The notes under the pieces: generated by a model
What the model was told of the DNA's origin: nothing
Seen by the model: only the letters and a program-made list of their open reading frames with translations
The model's database searches: none
Shown: positions 36,584-47,374 of the stretch, one piece after another
How positions within the stretch are numbered: position 1 is the stretch's first letter
How the letters are laid out: the number at the start of each line of letters is the position of its first letter
Translations under genes and position numbers: made by a program
DNA from: an uncultured Coriobacteriaceae bacterium
GTDB taxonomy: Bacteria > Actinomycetota > Coriobacteriia > Coriobacteriales > Atopobiaceae
NCBI GenBank assembly: GCA_902797175.1
Contig: CADBRX010000087.1
Coordinates: 1 to 51,060, forward strand
DNA: 51,060 nt
Direction: 5' to 3'

Positions 36584-37417
36584 ATGAGCAAGATCGTGTT
36601 TCTCGACGTGGACGGGACCCTCATCAACTACGATGCCGTCTGCCCCGAATCCGCAAAGCGCGCCGTTGAGGAGGCCCGTGCACACGGCCACAAGGTGTAT
36701 ATCTGCACCGGTTGCTCCAAGGCAGAGATCGAGCAGCGCGACCTGCCCGAGCTTGACGGCATGATCGGCGCCAACGGCGGCTACGTTGAGGACGATGGCC
36801 AGGTGGTCATGCACCAGGCGCTCACCGTTGAGCAGGTCAAGCATATCGTCGACTGGTGCAACGAGCGACACTTGGGCTTCTACCTCGAGGCCAACAGCGG
36901 CATGTACATCAACAGCTGGTTTGTCGAGCAGGCACCCGCAGTCATGTACAAGTACGCCATGGGCAAGGGCGCGACCGAGGAGGCCGCGAAAGCCGCTGGC
37001 CAGAGCTTCGTCAACTCCATGATCCGCACTGACGACCTGTATCGCGACGACGTGAACAAGGTCAGCTTCATCCTCTCCAGCTATCAGGACCATCTTGACA
37101 GCCGTGTCGAGTTCCCCGACATGGAGGCCAACACCTGGGGCGGCAAGGACGAGCAGGCGCTCTTTGGCGACCTGGGACCCAAGGGCATCACCAAGAAGCA
37201 CGCCATCGAGGTGCTGCTCGAGCATCTGGGCGCAGATCAGGCCGACACCATCAGCTTTGGCGACGCCAAGATCGATCTTTCCATGTTTGAGCTCTGCGCC
37301 TTCAACGTGGCCATGGGCAACGGCGGTCCCGAGATCAAGGCGGCGGCAGACTACATCACCGACGACGTGGACGATGACGGCCTCTACAATGCCTTCAAGC
37401 ACCTGGACCTGATCTAG
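36584..37417 (+). CDS. Cof-type HAD-IIB phosphatase/hydrolase (mirror copy)
   Basis: Exact twin of 13644..14477. Confidence 0.8.
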   Translation: MSKIVFLDVDGTLINYDAVCPESAKRAVEEARAHGHKVYICTGCSKAEIEQRDLPELDGMIGANGGYVEDDGQVVMHQALTVEQVKHIVDWCNERHLGFYLEANSGMYINSWFVEQAPAVMYKYAMGKGATEEAAKAAGQSFVNSMIRTDDLYRDDVNKVSFILSSYQDHLDSRVEFPDMEANTWGGKDEQALFGDLGPKGITKKHAIEVLLEHLGADQADTISFGDAKIDLSMFELCAFNVAMGNGGPEIKAAADYITDDVDDDGLYNAFKHLDLI

Positions 37418-37445
37418 GCCCGCAGTCGTTACCGATACTCTGACG

Positions 37446-37475
37446 ACGCCCGCAGTGTCCATCCACTGCGGGCGT
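37446..37475. terminator. 12-bp-stem hairpin downstream of the HAD gene (mirror copy)
   Basis: Exact twin of 13586..13615. Confidence 0.45.
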
Positions 37476-37596
37476 TGTCATGGACGAGCAGCTCTTTTCT
37501 CGACCGGAGGGCTCCGCAGAGCAAGGGTTAACGTTTCTGACACTTCTTATGGCGTAGCATAATGATGTATGACAGAGGGCTTCGAGGGGTAAGGCT

Positions 37597-39036
37597 ATGG
37601 CAACGATTGGCACGAGGTTCAGGAAGTGGGTCCTTGCCCAGCGCATCGACGGAATCGCTCCGACCGCCGTTGACACCGACCACATGCGCATCAAGCTCAT
37701 GACCGTCACCGCAGAGGTCAACATCTACGCTGGCCTGGACGGCAGCGAGGAGATTGCCGAATACCGCATCGTCCGCCACCTTGACAACGAGCCCATCTTC
37801 TTCCTGCATGTGCTGCTTGACGACCTCGAGCGCGCAAAGGAGCTCTTTGAGGAGATGGTCGAGGCCCTCGAGAGCGAAAACGAGCAGCAGGCGACGCATG
37901 TCCTTCTGTGCTGCACCTCTGCCCTCACCACCACGCTCTTTGCCTCGAAGATGGGCGACGTCGCCATTGCGCTGTCGCTTGACTACGACTTCACGGCCAT
38001 GCCCGTCACCGAGGCGCTCCAGCCGGGAGGCGACTGGGCTGCCGTGCTGCTGGCCCCCCAAGTGAGCCATATGCGCCAGCAGATCATGGATGCCCATCCC
38101 AACGCCGTGGTGTTCGAGATTCCTGGCAAGGTCTTTGGCAGCTTTGATGCTGCCGCGGCGCTGCAGCTGGTGATGCACGCCCTGCATGACGTCCAGACGC
38201 CCATCACACGACACAACGACCTTCGGGCCACACGTGACCTCGCAAACGACCGTCGCATCCTCATCATCACCCTCTTCACGCTACGCGACCATTCCCGCGT
38301 TGGCTATCGGCTGTTTGACCATGGCGTCATTGCAAGCGAGGGCGCCGTACGCAAGCCGCGCCTCGACTTTCGAGACATCGAGGACCTCATCGAGACGCTC
38401 CCCGGGCGTGGCGTGGCCATCGACAACCTGGATGCCGTGGGCATTGCCGTGCCAGGCGTTGCCTATCGCGGCACCGTGACGCTGGAGGGAATCGTCGAGG
38501 GCACCCATGACCTGCGCGGCCACATCGAGGGGCGCTTTGGCATCAAGACCTACGTGGACAACAACTGCAATGCCGCCGCCGTGGGGTGCTACGTCAGCCA
38601 GGACAAGTACGAGAACCTCGTGTTCTTCCGCCACGCCTTCGGACACGCTGCGGGAGGCCTGGGCACCATCATCGATGGCCGCCTGCTCAAGGGCAGGGGC
38701 AATCTGGCCGGTGAGCCACGCTACTACGAGAATCTCTTTGCGTTGGACATGCCTTTCGACGACGCCCTCTGGAGCGAAGAAGGGCTCTTCCAAATCGCCA
38801 AGAATGTGTGCGCCGTAAGCATCGCCCTCACCGCACCCGAGGCAATCTACCTGGGCGTGGACACCGTCGACGACATGGACGAGCTACGCCAGGCACTCTG
38901 CAAGATCTTCCCACCCGAACACGTGCCGCCGCTCTATGTCGTAGACGACTACATCGAGCGCGTCTATCTGGGCGAGATGGCCATCTGCCTGCAGAAGCTG
39001 CACGACCCGACCTATCGCTCGCTCGGCATCTCGTAA
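37597..39036 (+). CDS. Unassigned N-domain + EIIB-like + ROK-like protein (mirror copy)
   Basis: Exact twin of 12025..13464. Confidence 0.65.
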   Translation: MATIGTRFRKWVLAQRIDGIAPTAVDTDHMRIKLMTVTAEVNIYAGLDGSEEIAEYRIVRHLDNEPIFFLHVLLDDLERAKELFEEMVEALESENEQQATHVLLCCTSALTTTLFASKMGDVAIALSLDYDFTAMPVTEALQPGGDWAAVLLAPQVSHMRQQIMDAHPNAVVFEIPGKVFGSFDAAAALQLVMHALHDVQTPITRHNDLRATRDLANDRRILIITLFTLRDHSRVGYRLFDHGVIASEGAVRKPRLDFRDIEDLIETLPGRGVAIDNLDAVGIAVPGVAYRGTVTLEGIVEGTHDLRGHIEGRFGIKTYVDNNCNAAAVGCYVSQDKYENLVFFRHAFGHAAGGLGTIIDGRLLKGRGNLAGEPRYYENLFALDMPFDDALWSEEGLFQIAKNVCAVSIALTAPEAIYLGVDTVDDMDELRQALCKIFPPEHVPPLYVVDDYIERVYLGEMAICLQKLHDPTYRSLGIS

Positions 39037-39094
39037 CGGTCGCCACGCCGCGCTTGAGGGCCTCATCCCCGTACGACGCCGGCGGCAGCACGGG

Positions 39095-39793
39095 CTATGC
39101 GTCAAGGAGGAGCACCGATACGCCGATGTCGTACTCGCGAATGGGCGTGCCGTGCATCTCGGCCAGGGAGTACGCAACCTCACCACGCTCGACGGCCTCG
39201 GCTCCGGAGATGAGTTCGTCGATGGTGCCCACGTCAACGGGACAGTCGGCATGGCAAGGCCATATGGAGACAATCTCGTCCGCACGCGTGCGCAGGCGCC
39301 TCAGGCTGTGGATGTAGGCCGGCAGCGAGCGCATGGCTCCGAACATGAAGATGCGGCCGTTGCGCTGGATGGGGTCGCCCGCAAAGAGCATGCCGGTCGT
39401 GCGGTCAAGAAGCGCCATCGAGCCCGGTGTGTGGCCCGGCAGCGCGATGGCCTCAAGCTCGCGGCCGCCCAAGTCAATCACGTCGCCATCCCACACGGGC
39501 ACGACCTGCCCGGAAGTGAGCGCACGCAGCTGCGGATGGACCAGCTCACAGGGACTCACGTAGATGCGCTCGAACGCGGCGTTGCCCGCCACGTGGTCGC
39601 GGTCGGCATGGGTGTTGAGGAGCGCAAGCGGAAGCGTGGTCAGCTCCTCCGCGAGCTCGCGCGCGTTGTCGACGGTCATGCCGCTGTCAAGCAGGAGCGC
39701 CTGCTCGTCTCCCGTCAGAAGGAAGAAGCGGACACCGCGATCCTCATAGCGCCACGTACGCCCGTCAATCTGAATCCAGTTCTCGTTTGCCAT
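39095..39793 (-). CDS. MBL-fold metallo-hydrolase (mirror copy)
   Basis: Exact twin of 11268..11966. Confidence 0.75.
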   Translation of the reverse strand: MANENWIQIDGRTWRYEDRGVRFFLLTGDEQALLLDSGMTVDNARELAEELTTLPLALLNTHADRDHVAGNAAFERIYVSPCELVHPQLRALTSGQVVPVWDGDVIDLGGRELEAIALPGHTPGSMALLDRTTGMLFAGDPIQRNGRIFMFGAMRSLPAYIHSLRRLRTRADEIVSIWPCHADCPVDVGTIDELISGAEAVERGEVAYSLAEMHGTPIREYDIGVSVLLLDA

Positions 39794-39941
39794 GCTCTAC
39801 CTCCTCATATATGCGTTTGCCTGCAATTGTAACGCACGGGGCCAGAAGGTCGGACCCTGTGGTCCCGAAGCTTTTGGCATGCGCATCGGATACCATAGCC
39901 AGTGACCGTTCTTTGTTCCGACACGTCAGAAGGAGGCCGCC

Positions 39942-40439
39942 ATGGCCGACGTCGAGCACCCCATGGGCATCAAGACCGTAGGCGAGGCAAGCGCCGTCGC
40001 CACCCACATGCTGCGTCACGAGGACATCAATGGCTCGAACCGCCTGTTTGGCGGACGCCTCATGGAATGGATCGACGACGCGGCCGGCATCGCGGCGCGC
40101 CTGCAGTGCGGAGGCAACGTCACCACCGCCGCCATCGACACGCTCGAGTTCAAGCACCCGGCCTACCTCAACGACATCGTGGTCATCGAGGCGTGGGTCA
40201 CGCACGTGGGCAACACCTCAATGGAGGTTCGCGCCGACACCTATGTAATCGACCCGGCAAGCGGAGAGCGCACAATGATCAACCACGCCTACCTCACCGA
40301 GGTGTGCGTGGATGACGAGGGCCATCCCATGACGGTGCCCTGGGGCCTCGTGGCCACCACGCCCGAGCAGCACGAGGAATGCGACGGGGCACGTCGTCGC
40401 GCCGAGATCCGCAAGATGCGCCGTGCGGAGGGCGTATAG
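39942..40439 (+). CDS. Acyl-CoA thioesterase (mirror copy)
   Basis: Exact twin of 10622..11119. Confidence 0.8.
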   Translation: MADVEHPMGIKTVGEASAVATHMLRHEDINGSNRLFGGRLMEWIDDAAGIAARLQCGGNVTTAAIDTLEFKHPAYLNDIVVIEAWVTHVGNTSMEVRADTYVIDPASGERTMINHAYLTEVCVDDEGHPMTVPWGLVATTPEQHEECDGARRRAEIRKMRRAEGV

Positions 40440-40442
40440 CCC

Positions 40443-42353
40443 ATGGAAGAGAAGAGCCAAAGCGCCACGGCCGCCTTCCTCCCTACCACCCGCCGCGAGA
40501 TGCATGAGCGGGGCTGGGATCAGTGCGACTTTGTCTACGTCAGCGGAGACGCCTACGTAGACCACCCCTCCTTTGGGCCCGCCATCATCAGCCGCCTGCT
40601 CGAAGCCAACGGCTACAAGGTGGGCATCATCGCACAGCCCGATTGGCGAGACCCCGCCAGCGTCACCGTCCTGGGAGAGCCGCGGCTGGGCTTTTTGGTC
40701 TCGTCGGGCAACATGGACTCCATGGTCAACCATTACACCGTGGCAAAGCGCCGACGCTCAAAGGACTACTACTCCCCCGGCGGCAAGATGGGCCTGCGCC
40801 CCGACCACGCATGCGTGGTCTACGGCAACCTCATCCGTCGCACCTACAAGCGCACGCCCATCATCTTGGGGGGCATCGAGGCGTCCCTGCGCCGGCTTGC
40901 CCACTACGACTACTGGTCCGACTCGCTCAAGCGCTCCATCCTGCTCGACTCTGGCGCAGACCTCATCAGCTACGGCATGGGAGAGCACTCCATCGTAGAG
41001 ATCGCCGATGCCCTGAACGCGGGCCTCGACGTGCATGACCTCACCTTCATTCAGGGGACGGTCTACCGCTCCCGCACGACCGAACAGTGCGTGGACCCCA
41101 TCTTCCTTCCCACGTGGGAAGAGATCTCGCAGAGCAAAAGGGCCTATGCGCAAAGCTTTGGCGAGCAGTATCGCAACCTCAATCCCTTCTTGGGGCACCC
41201 CCTGGTGGAGGAGTACCCGCACGGCGTCTACGTGATACAGAACCCGCCGTCGACTCCGCTCACCACCGAGGAGTTTGACCAGGTATACGAGCTGCCCTAC
41301 GCCCGCACGTGGCACCCCCGCTACGACAAGGAAGGCGGCATCCCGGCGCTTGCGGAGGTCAAGTTCTCGCTCACCGTCAACCGCGGATGCCTGGGGGACT
41401 GCGCCTTCTGCTCCCTCAACTTCCACCAGGGACGCATCATACAGACGCGCTCGGACGAGTCCATCCTCGCCGAGGCGGAACTCATGACGCATGACCCTGA
41501 CTTCAAGGGATACATCCACGACGTGGGGGGTCCCACGGCGCAGTTCCGCATTCCCGCCTGCGCCAAGCAGCTCAAGGCGGGCGCTTGCACCGACCGCCGC
41601 TGCCTGAGCCCCAAGCCCTGCAAGGCGCTGCGCGTCACGCACAAGAGCTACCTCAAGCTGCTGCGCAAGCTACGTGAGGTGCCCGGCGTCAAAAAGGTCT
41701 TCGTGCGCAGCGGCATCCGCTTTGACTACGCCCTGCTTGACCCCGACCACGCCTTCATCCGCGAGCTGGCAAAGCACCACACGAGCGGCCAGCTGCGTCT
41801 GGCACCCGAGCATGTGTCGGACGAGGTCCTGTCCGTTATGGGAAAGCCGTCAAACGATGTCTACCAGGCCTTCTGCAAGGAGTTTGACGCCGCATCAAAG
41901 GCAGCCGGCAAAGAGCAGTACGTGCTCCCCTACCTCATGAGCAGCCACCCGGGCTCCACGATGAAGGTTGCCGTCGAGCTCGCCGAGTTCTGCCGCGACC
42001 TGGGCTACAACCCCGAACAGGTCAGCGACTTCTACCCCACGCCCTCGACCATCAGCACCTGCATCTACTACACGGGGCTCGACCCGCGCACCATGGAGCA
42101 CGTGTACTGCCCGCGCGACCCGCACGAAAAGGCCATGCAGCGCGCACTCATCCAGTACCGCAACCCCAAGAACCGCGCGCTGGTCATCGAGGCGCTCAGG
42201 CGCGCGCACCGAGAGGACCTCATTGGCTACGGCCCCAAGTGCCTCGTGCGACCGGAGAAGGACGCGAGGGACAGGGGCGCGAAGGGCAAATCGGGGAACT
42301 CTCAAAACAGACGTAATGGCAAGCGCCATAATCAGCGCTCGCGGCAACCGTAG
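40443..42353 (+). CDS. ygiQ: YgiQ-family radical SAM protein (mirror copy)
   Basis: Exact twin of 8708..10618. Confidence 0.85.
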   Translation: MEEKSQSATAAFLPTTRREMHERGWDQCDFVYVSGDAYVDHPSFGPAIISRLLEANGYKVGIIAQPDWRDPASVTVLGEPRLGFLVSSGNMDSMVNHYTVAKRRRSKDYYSPGGKMGLRPDHACVVYGNLIRRTYKRTPIILGGIEASLRRLAHYDYWSDSLKRSILLDSGADLISYGMGEHSIVEIADALNAGLDVHDLTFIQGTVYRSRTTEQCVDPIFLPTWEEISQSKRAYAQSFGEQYRNLNPFLGHPLVEEYPHGVYVIQNPPSTPLTTEEFDQVYELPYARTWHPRYDKEGGIPALAEVKFSLTVNRGCLGDCAFCSLNFHQGRIIQTRSDESILAEAELMTHDPDFKGYIHDVGGPTAQFRIPACAKQLKAGACTDRRCLSPKPCKALRVTHKSYLKLLRKLREVPGVKKVFVRSGIRFDYALLDPDHAFIRELAKHHTSGQLRLAPEHVSDEVLSVMGKPSNDVYQAFCKEFDAASKAAGKEQYVLPYLMSSHPGSTMKVAVELAEFCRDLGYNPEQVSDFYPTPSTISTCIYYTGLDPRTMEHVYCPRDPHEKAMQRALIQYRNPKNRALVIEALRRAHREDLIGYGPKCLVRPEKDARDRGAKGKSGNSQNRRNGKRHNQRSRQP

Positions 42354-42371
42354 GTTTTCGCGGGGTGCCTG

Positions 42372-43382
42372 CTAGCGCGAGGCCTGCGCCACGGTCGAGC
42401 GCTCAACGATGGTGCCTGGAACCAGGATGTGCGGGATCTCCCCGCCTTCGGGCGGGTTGGTCGCAAGGTCAAAGGCGATGGCGCCCACCCGCGTGCCGTT
42501 GAAGCGATACGAGCTCAGATCCAGGTGTGGGATCACGCCGACCAGCGAGTCGTCCACGCCGATCACGCTCACGTCCTCGGGAACGCGCAGGCCCGCGTCG
42601 CGCAGGGCATAGATCACCCCCACCGCAATGGCGTCGTTCGACGCAAAGATGGCCGTGCAGGTCTCGTCCTGCGCAAGGCGCGCGCCCAGCTCGTATCCGC
42701 TATCCGCCGTCCAGTCGCCGTGAAAGGGCTCCACCACATGCAGGCCGCGCGTGCGCAAGGCCTGCTCCCAGCCCTTCTGACGGCTGACGTTGGCGTAGGA
42801 GTCGCGGCGGCCGCCCACAAAGCGAATCTCCCTGTGACCCTTCTGGGTCAGGTGGTTCACGATGGAGACAGCGCACCCCATCTGGTCGTTGCTCACGGTT
42901 GCGCAGTGAGAGTGGTGCCTCGTGCTGATGATGACGGTGGGCAGTGCCGCGGGCGGCTCGAACGAGGCGAAGTCGGAAGGGTCAGAGCCAAGGTAGAGTA
43001 TCTGCCCGTCGACCGGCAGGGAGCTCATGCGACGCGACGCCTCGCTCAAGGTCGCCTCGTCATCGGGCAGCTGCAGCAGGGTCATGGCGTAGCGGTGCTG
43101 CGCCGCAGCCGTCGCCACCCCCTCGACCTGGTAACGCCTTCCCGTGGCGGCTATGTCGCCCGACATGGCCAAGCCGACGCTGTGGTAGCTTCCGGCGCGA
43201 AGGCTCCGCGCGGCAAAGCTGGGACGATAGCCCAACTCCGCCATGGCCGCCAGCACGCGCTCCTTGGTCGCAGGGCGCACGGCATCCGACCCATTTGCCA
43301 CGCGTGACACCGTCTGCGTCGAAACGCCCGCAAGCTTTGCCACGTCGGCGATGGATGCGCTCGAACTAGAGCCGAATGCCAT
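42372..43382 (-). CDS. LacI/GalR-family transcriptional regulator (mirror copy)
   Basis: Exact twin of 7679..8689. Confidence 0.85.
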   Translation of the reverse strand: MAFGSSSSASIADVAKLAGVSTQTVSRVANGSDAVRPATKERVLAAMAELGYRPSFAARSLRAGSYHSVGLAMSGDIAATGRRYQVEGVATAAAQHRYAMTLLQLPDDEATLSEASRRMSSLPVDGQILYLGSDPSDFASFEPPAALPTVIISTRHHSHCATVSNDQMGCAVSIVNHLTQKGHREIRFVGGRRDSYANVSRQKGWEQALRTRGLHVVEPFHGDWTADSGYELGARLAQDETCTAIFASNDAIAVGVIYALRDAGLRVPEDVSVIGVDDSLVGVIPHLDLSSYRFNGTRVGAIAFDLATNPPEGGEIPHILVPGTIVERSTVAQASR

Positions 43383-43615
43383 GGTAATCCCCTCTCGACC
43401 CACCCATGGTAGCGCAAAGGGCAGCGAGCACGCTTAAGGGGAGCTGCCCCAACCCCTCAAAGGGCGGGCGCGACCGTGGCTTCTTTGGGTTGTGGTTTGC
43501 GTGAGCGGAAACTTGTCCGGAACGGGTTGCTCGCCGCCTCCTTCGGACAATCTGCCGCCCTCCGCCGTTCGTCTCTTCAGATTGAACGTTCGCGATTGCT
43601 ATAGACGAACTAAAT

Positions 43616-43665
43616 GAGAAATGTTAACGTTAACATTCAAGAGGATGTTCACGTTAACATTTCTC
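43616..43665. promoter_or_regulatory. Tandem LacI-type operators (mirror copy)
   Basis: Exact twin of 7396..7445. I checked base by base that 43621-43680 is the reverse complement of 7381-7440. Confidence 0.55.
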
Positions 43666-43705
43666 TAAGCACGCTGTCCAGCAACCTCGCATAGAAGGGA
43701 TTGCC

Positions 43706-44014
43706 ATGATCACCAACGAAGAGCTCGAAATGATGATGATCGAGATCGTCGCCTTCTCGGGAGACGCGCGCACAAAGCTTCTGAGCGCCGTGAAGGAGGC
43801 AAAGGAGGGCAACCTCGACCACACGCATGCCCTCATCAACGAGGCGCAAGAGCTGCTCAACGATGCCCACAAAGCCCAGACCAACCTGCTCACCGCAGAG
43901 GCCCGTGGAGAGGTGACCTCCCCCACGATCCTGCTCGTGCATGCGCAGGACCACCTCATGACCAGCATGCTCCTGCGCGACGTCATCGAAACCCTTGTCG
44001 ATATCTACCGCTAG
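43706..44014 (+). CDS. lacF: PTS lactose/cellobiose-family EIIA (mirror copy)
   Basis: Exact twin of 7047..7355. Confidence 0.85.
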   Translation: MITNEELEMMMIEIVAFSGDARTKLLSAVKEAKEGNLDHTHALINEAQELLNDAHKAQTNLLTAEARGEVTSPTILLVHAQDHLMTSMLLRDVIETLVDIYR

Positions 44015-44044
44015 CTCAGACCCGCAACGCAAGAAGGAGGCGTC

Positions 44045-45787
44045 GTGGACAAACTCATCGCGACCATACAGAAGTTCAAGCCGTTCTTTGACAACGTTGC
44101 CCGCAACAAGTACCTCAAGGCCATCAAGGATGGCTTCATCTCGTGCATGCCCATCGTCATCTTCTCGTCCATCTTCCTGCTGGTGGCCTATGTGCCCAAC
44201 ATCTGGGGCTTCACCTGGCCGCCCGAGCTCGAGGCCATCATCACCAAGCCCTACGGCTACTCGATGGGCATCCTCTCGGTAGTGGTGGCAGCCACCACGG
44301 CAAAGCACTTCACGGACAGCCTCAACCGTGACATGCCGCGCAACAACCAGATCAACTTCCTCTCCACCATGGTGTGCGCGACGGTCGGCCTGTTCATCCT
44401 GGCATCCGACCCCCTCGAGGGCGGCTTCGCTTCCGACTGCCTCGGCAGCAAGGGCCTGCTCACCGCCTTCATCGCCGCATTCGTGGTCGGCGGTATCTAC
44501 AAGTTCTGCGTCTCGCGCAACATCACCATCCACATGCCCGAGCAGGTTCCGCCCAACATCTCGCAGACCTTCAAGGACATCATTCCCTTCTCGCTCTCGG
44601 TCATCCTGTTCTGGCTGGTCGACCTCGCTGTGCGCACCCTCACGGGCAGCTGTGTGGCAGAGGGGGTCATTCAGCTGTTCCAGCCCATCTTCTCCGCCGC
44701 TGACAGCTACCTTGGCATCGCCATCATCTATGGCGCCATGTCGCTCTTCTGGTTTGTGGGCGTGCATGGCCCCTCCATCGTGGAGCCAGCCGTTGAGGTC
44801 GCCCTGCTGGCGGGCATGACCGAGAACCTCGCCGCCTTCCAGGCGGGGCAGCACGCCACCCACGCCCTCAGCCTTGACCTGCAGTTCTTTGTGGTCACCA
44901 TGGGCGGCACGGGTGCCACGCTGGTGCCCTGCATGATGTTTGCCTTCTTGGCGCGGTCAAAAGAGCTGCGCGCGGTTGGTCGTGCCTCGGCCGTCCCCGT
45001 GACCTTTGGCGTCAACGAGCCCTTCCTCTTTGGCGCGCCCATGGTGCTCAACCCCGTCTTCCTCATCCCGTTTGTGGTGGCACCCGTGGCCAACGCGTGG
45101 GTCTTCAAGCTCTTCATCGACGTGTTGGGCATGAACGGCTTCCTCTACACGCTGCCGTGGACCACGCCGGCACCCCTCGGCATCGTCCTTGGCTGCGGCC
45201 TCAGCCCGCTCTCGTTTGTCTTTGTGGCCGTCGCCCTCGTCATGGACTTCGTCATCTACTACCCATTCTTCAAGATGTACGACCTGGAGAAGTGCGAGGA
45301 AGAGGCCCAGATCGAGGCCGAGGAGCTCGAGGCGCGCGCCGCCGACAAGGCCGCACGCATGAGCGATGCCTTCCAGGGCAAGGCACCCGCCGCGGCCGTC
45401 GCGAAGGCTGCGCCCGCCAAGGCCTCCATCGCCTCCCCTGCCACATCGACTGCCTCGGCAGGCAGCCTTGAGGGCAAGAAGGTGCTCGTGCTCTGCGCGG
45501 GCGGAGGGACCTCGGGGCTCCTCGCCAACGCCCTCGCAAAGGCGGCGGACGAGCACGGCATCGACCTCGAGAGCGCGGCAGGCTCCTATGGGGCGCACCT
45601 CGACATCATGCCCGACTTCGACCTGGTCGTGCTGGCACCGCAGGTCGCCTCCTACCTCGAGGACCTCAAGATCGACGCCGACCGCATGGGCGTGAAGGTC
45701 GCCGCCTGCGAGGGACGCCAGTACATCGCGCTTACCCGCAACGGCGAGGAAGCGCTCAGCTTCGTTAGCGACCACCTGAGCAAATAG
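44045..45787 (+). CDS. lacE: PTS lactose-specific EIICB (mirror copy)
   Basis: Exact twin of 5274..7016. The GTG start at 44045 has GGAGG upstream. Confidence 0.88.
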   Translation: MDKLIATIQKFKPFFDNVARNKYLKAIKDGFISCMPIVIFSSIFLLVAYVPNIWGFTWPPELEAIITKPYGYSMGILSVVVAATTAKHFTDSLNRDMPRNNQINFLSTMVCATVGLFILASDPLEGGFASDCLGSKGLLTAFIAAFVVGGIYKFCVSRNITIHMPEQVPPNISQTFKDIIPFSLSVILFWLVDLAVRTLTGSCVAEGVIQLFQPIFSAADSYLGIAIIYGAMSLFWFVGVHGPSIVEPAVEVALLAGMTENLAAFQAGQHATHALSLDLQFFVVTMGGTGATLVPCMMFAFLARSKELRAVGRASAVPVTFGVNEPFLFGAPMVLNPVFLIPFVVAPVANAWVFKLFIDVLGMNGFLYTLPWTTPAPLGIVLGCGLSPLSFVFVAVALVMDFVIYYPFFKMYDLEKCEEEAQIEAEELEARAADKAARMSDAFQGKAPAAAVAKAAPAKASIASPATSTASAGSLEGKKVLVLCAGGGTSGLLANALAKAADEHGIDLESAAGSYGAHLDIMPDFDLVVLAPQVASYLEDLKIDADRMGVKVAACEGRQYIALTRNGEEALSFVSDHLSK

Positions 45788-45797
45788 CCCTCCCTTG

Positions 45798-45832
45798 GCG
45801 TGGGGCGCCCCATTTGCTGCGTGGGGCGCCCA
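45798..45832. repeat. Intercistronic GC-rich direct repeat (mirror copy)
   Basis: Exact twin of 5229..5263. Confidence 0.55.
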
Positions 45833-45908
45833 ACGTTACCCAGCACCATGCCCTGCCACCGCAAGCCCCTCCCCTGTCGAGAGGCCCGTCACCTGCAAAG
45901 GAGCACCG

Positions 45909-47327
45909 ATGACCCCTACGAACACATTTCCTGCCGGCTTCGTCTTTGGAGCAGCCACCGCAGCGTACCAGTGCGAGGGAGAGACGCACGGGCACGGCAA
46001 GGGAGAGGTGTCCTGGGACCCGTTCCTCGCCAAGAAGGGTCGCTTCTCCGCTGACCCCGCCTCGGACTTCTACCATAGCTACGAGCATGACCTTGCCCTG
46101 TGCGAGCGCTTTGGCATCAACGGCATCCGCATCTCCATAGCCTGGAGCCGGATCTTCCCCCAAGGCGTCGGCGCAAGGAACCCCGAAGGCATCGCGTTCT
46201 ACCATGACGTGTTCCGCGCCTGCCGCGCCCATGGCGTGGAGCCCTACGTCACGCTGCACCACTTTGACACGCCGCTTGCCCTCTTTGACAAGGGCGGCTT
46301 CCTCGACCGTGCCACCATCGACGCCTTTGAGGACTATGCCCGCTTCTGCTTTGCGGAGTATGGCGACGAGGTCAGCAACTGGTTCACCTTCAACGAGATC
46401 TGGGCCGTGGCCAGCAACACCTTCATCGAGGGGACCTTCCCTCCGGGAGGCATCACGGGTGCCCTCGACAAGGCGCTGCAGTGCAACCACAACATGATGC
46501 TTGCCCACGCCCGGGCGGTGCTCGCCTTCCACGAAGGGGGTCACAGGGGCAAGATCGGCGTGGTGCACACCTTTGAGAGCAAGTACCCCTACGACGAGAA
46601 CGACCCCGCCGACATCCAGGCGGCCAAGAACGAAGACGTCCTGCAGAACCAGTTCCTGCTCGACGCGACGTTCAGGGGCGACTACGCGCCTGACACGCTG
46701 GAGTGCGCAGAACGCCTCGCCGCGCTTTCGGGAGGTGCGCTCGACATCCGCGAGGAGGACCTCCTCTGCATGCGGCGGGCAGCGCAGCACAACGACTACC
46801 TGGGCATCAACTACTACCAGAGCCGCTTCTTGCGCAGCTATGACGGCCCCACGGTCCTGCACCACAACGCGACGGGCGACAAGGGCACCGAGCGCTTTGC
46901 CCTCGCGGGCGTGGGCGAGCGCGTGAACAAGGAGGGCATCCCCCGCACGGACTGGGACTGGCTCATCTACCCGGAGGGCATGTACGACCTGCTCGTGCGC
47001 ATCCGCCTGCAGTACCCCAACTACCAAGAGATCCTCATCACCGAAAACGGGATGGGCGCCAAGGACGCGCTGGTAGAGGACACCGTCGACGACTCCTACC
47101 GCATCGACTACGTGCGGGCCCACCTGGAGTGGCTTCTCAAGGCCGTTGACGCAGGCGTCAACGTCACCGGCTACTTCCTGTGGTCGCTCATGGACATGTT
47201 CAGCTGGACCAACGGTTACGGCAAGCGCTACGGCTTCTTCTACGTCGACTTCGAGACCCAAAGGCGCATTCCCAAGGCATCTGCGTACTGGTATGCGCAG
47301 GTCGTTCGATTAGGCAGGCTCACCTAG
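45909..47327 (+). CDS. lacG: 6-phospho-beta-galactosidase, GH1 (mirror copy)
   Basis: Exact twin of 3734..5152. Confidence 0.85.
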   Translation: MTPTNTFPAGFVFGAATAAYQCEGETHGHGKGEVSWDPFLAKKGRFSADPASDFYHSYEHDLALCERFGINGIRISIAWSRIFPQGVGARNPEGIAFYHDVFRACRAHGVEPYVTLHHFDTPLALFDKGGFLDRATIDAFEDYARFCFAEYGDEVSNWFTFNEIWAVASNTFIEGTFPPGGITGALDKALQCNHNMMLAHARAVLAFHEGGHRGKIGVVHTFESKYPYDENDPADIQAAKNEDVLQNQFLLDATFRGDYAPDTLECAERLAALSGGALDIREEDLLCMRRAAQHNDYLGINYYQSRFLRSYDGPTVLHHNATGDKGTERFALAGVGERVNKEGIPRTDWDWLIYPEGMYDLLVRIRLQYPNYQEILITENGMGAKDALVEDTVDDSYRIDYVRAHLEWLLKAVDAGVNVTGYFLWSLMDMFSWTNGYGKRYGFFYVDFETQRRIPKASAYWYAQVVRLGRLT

Positions 47328-47374
47328 CAGCTCCGCGGCGCAAGGACGCGCCCACAACGAGGGAGGAGCACCCG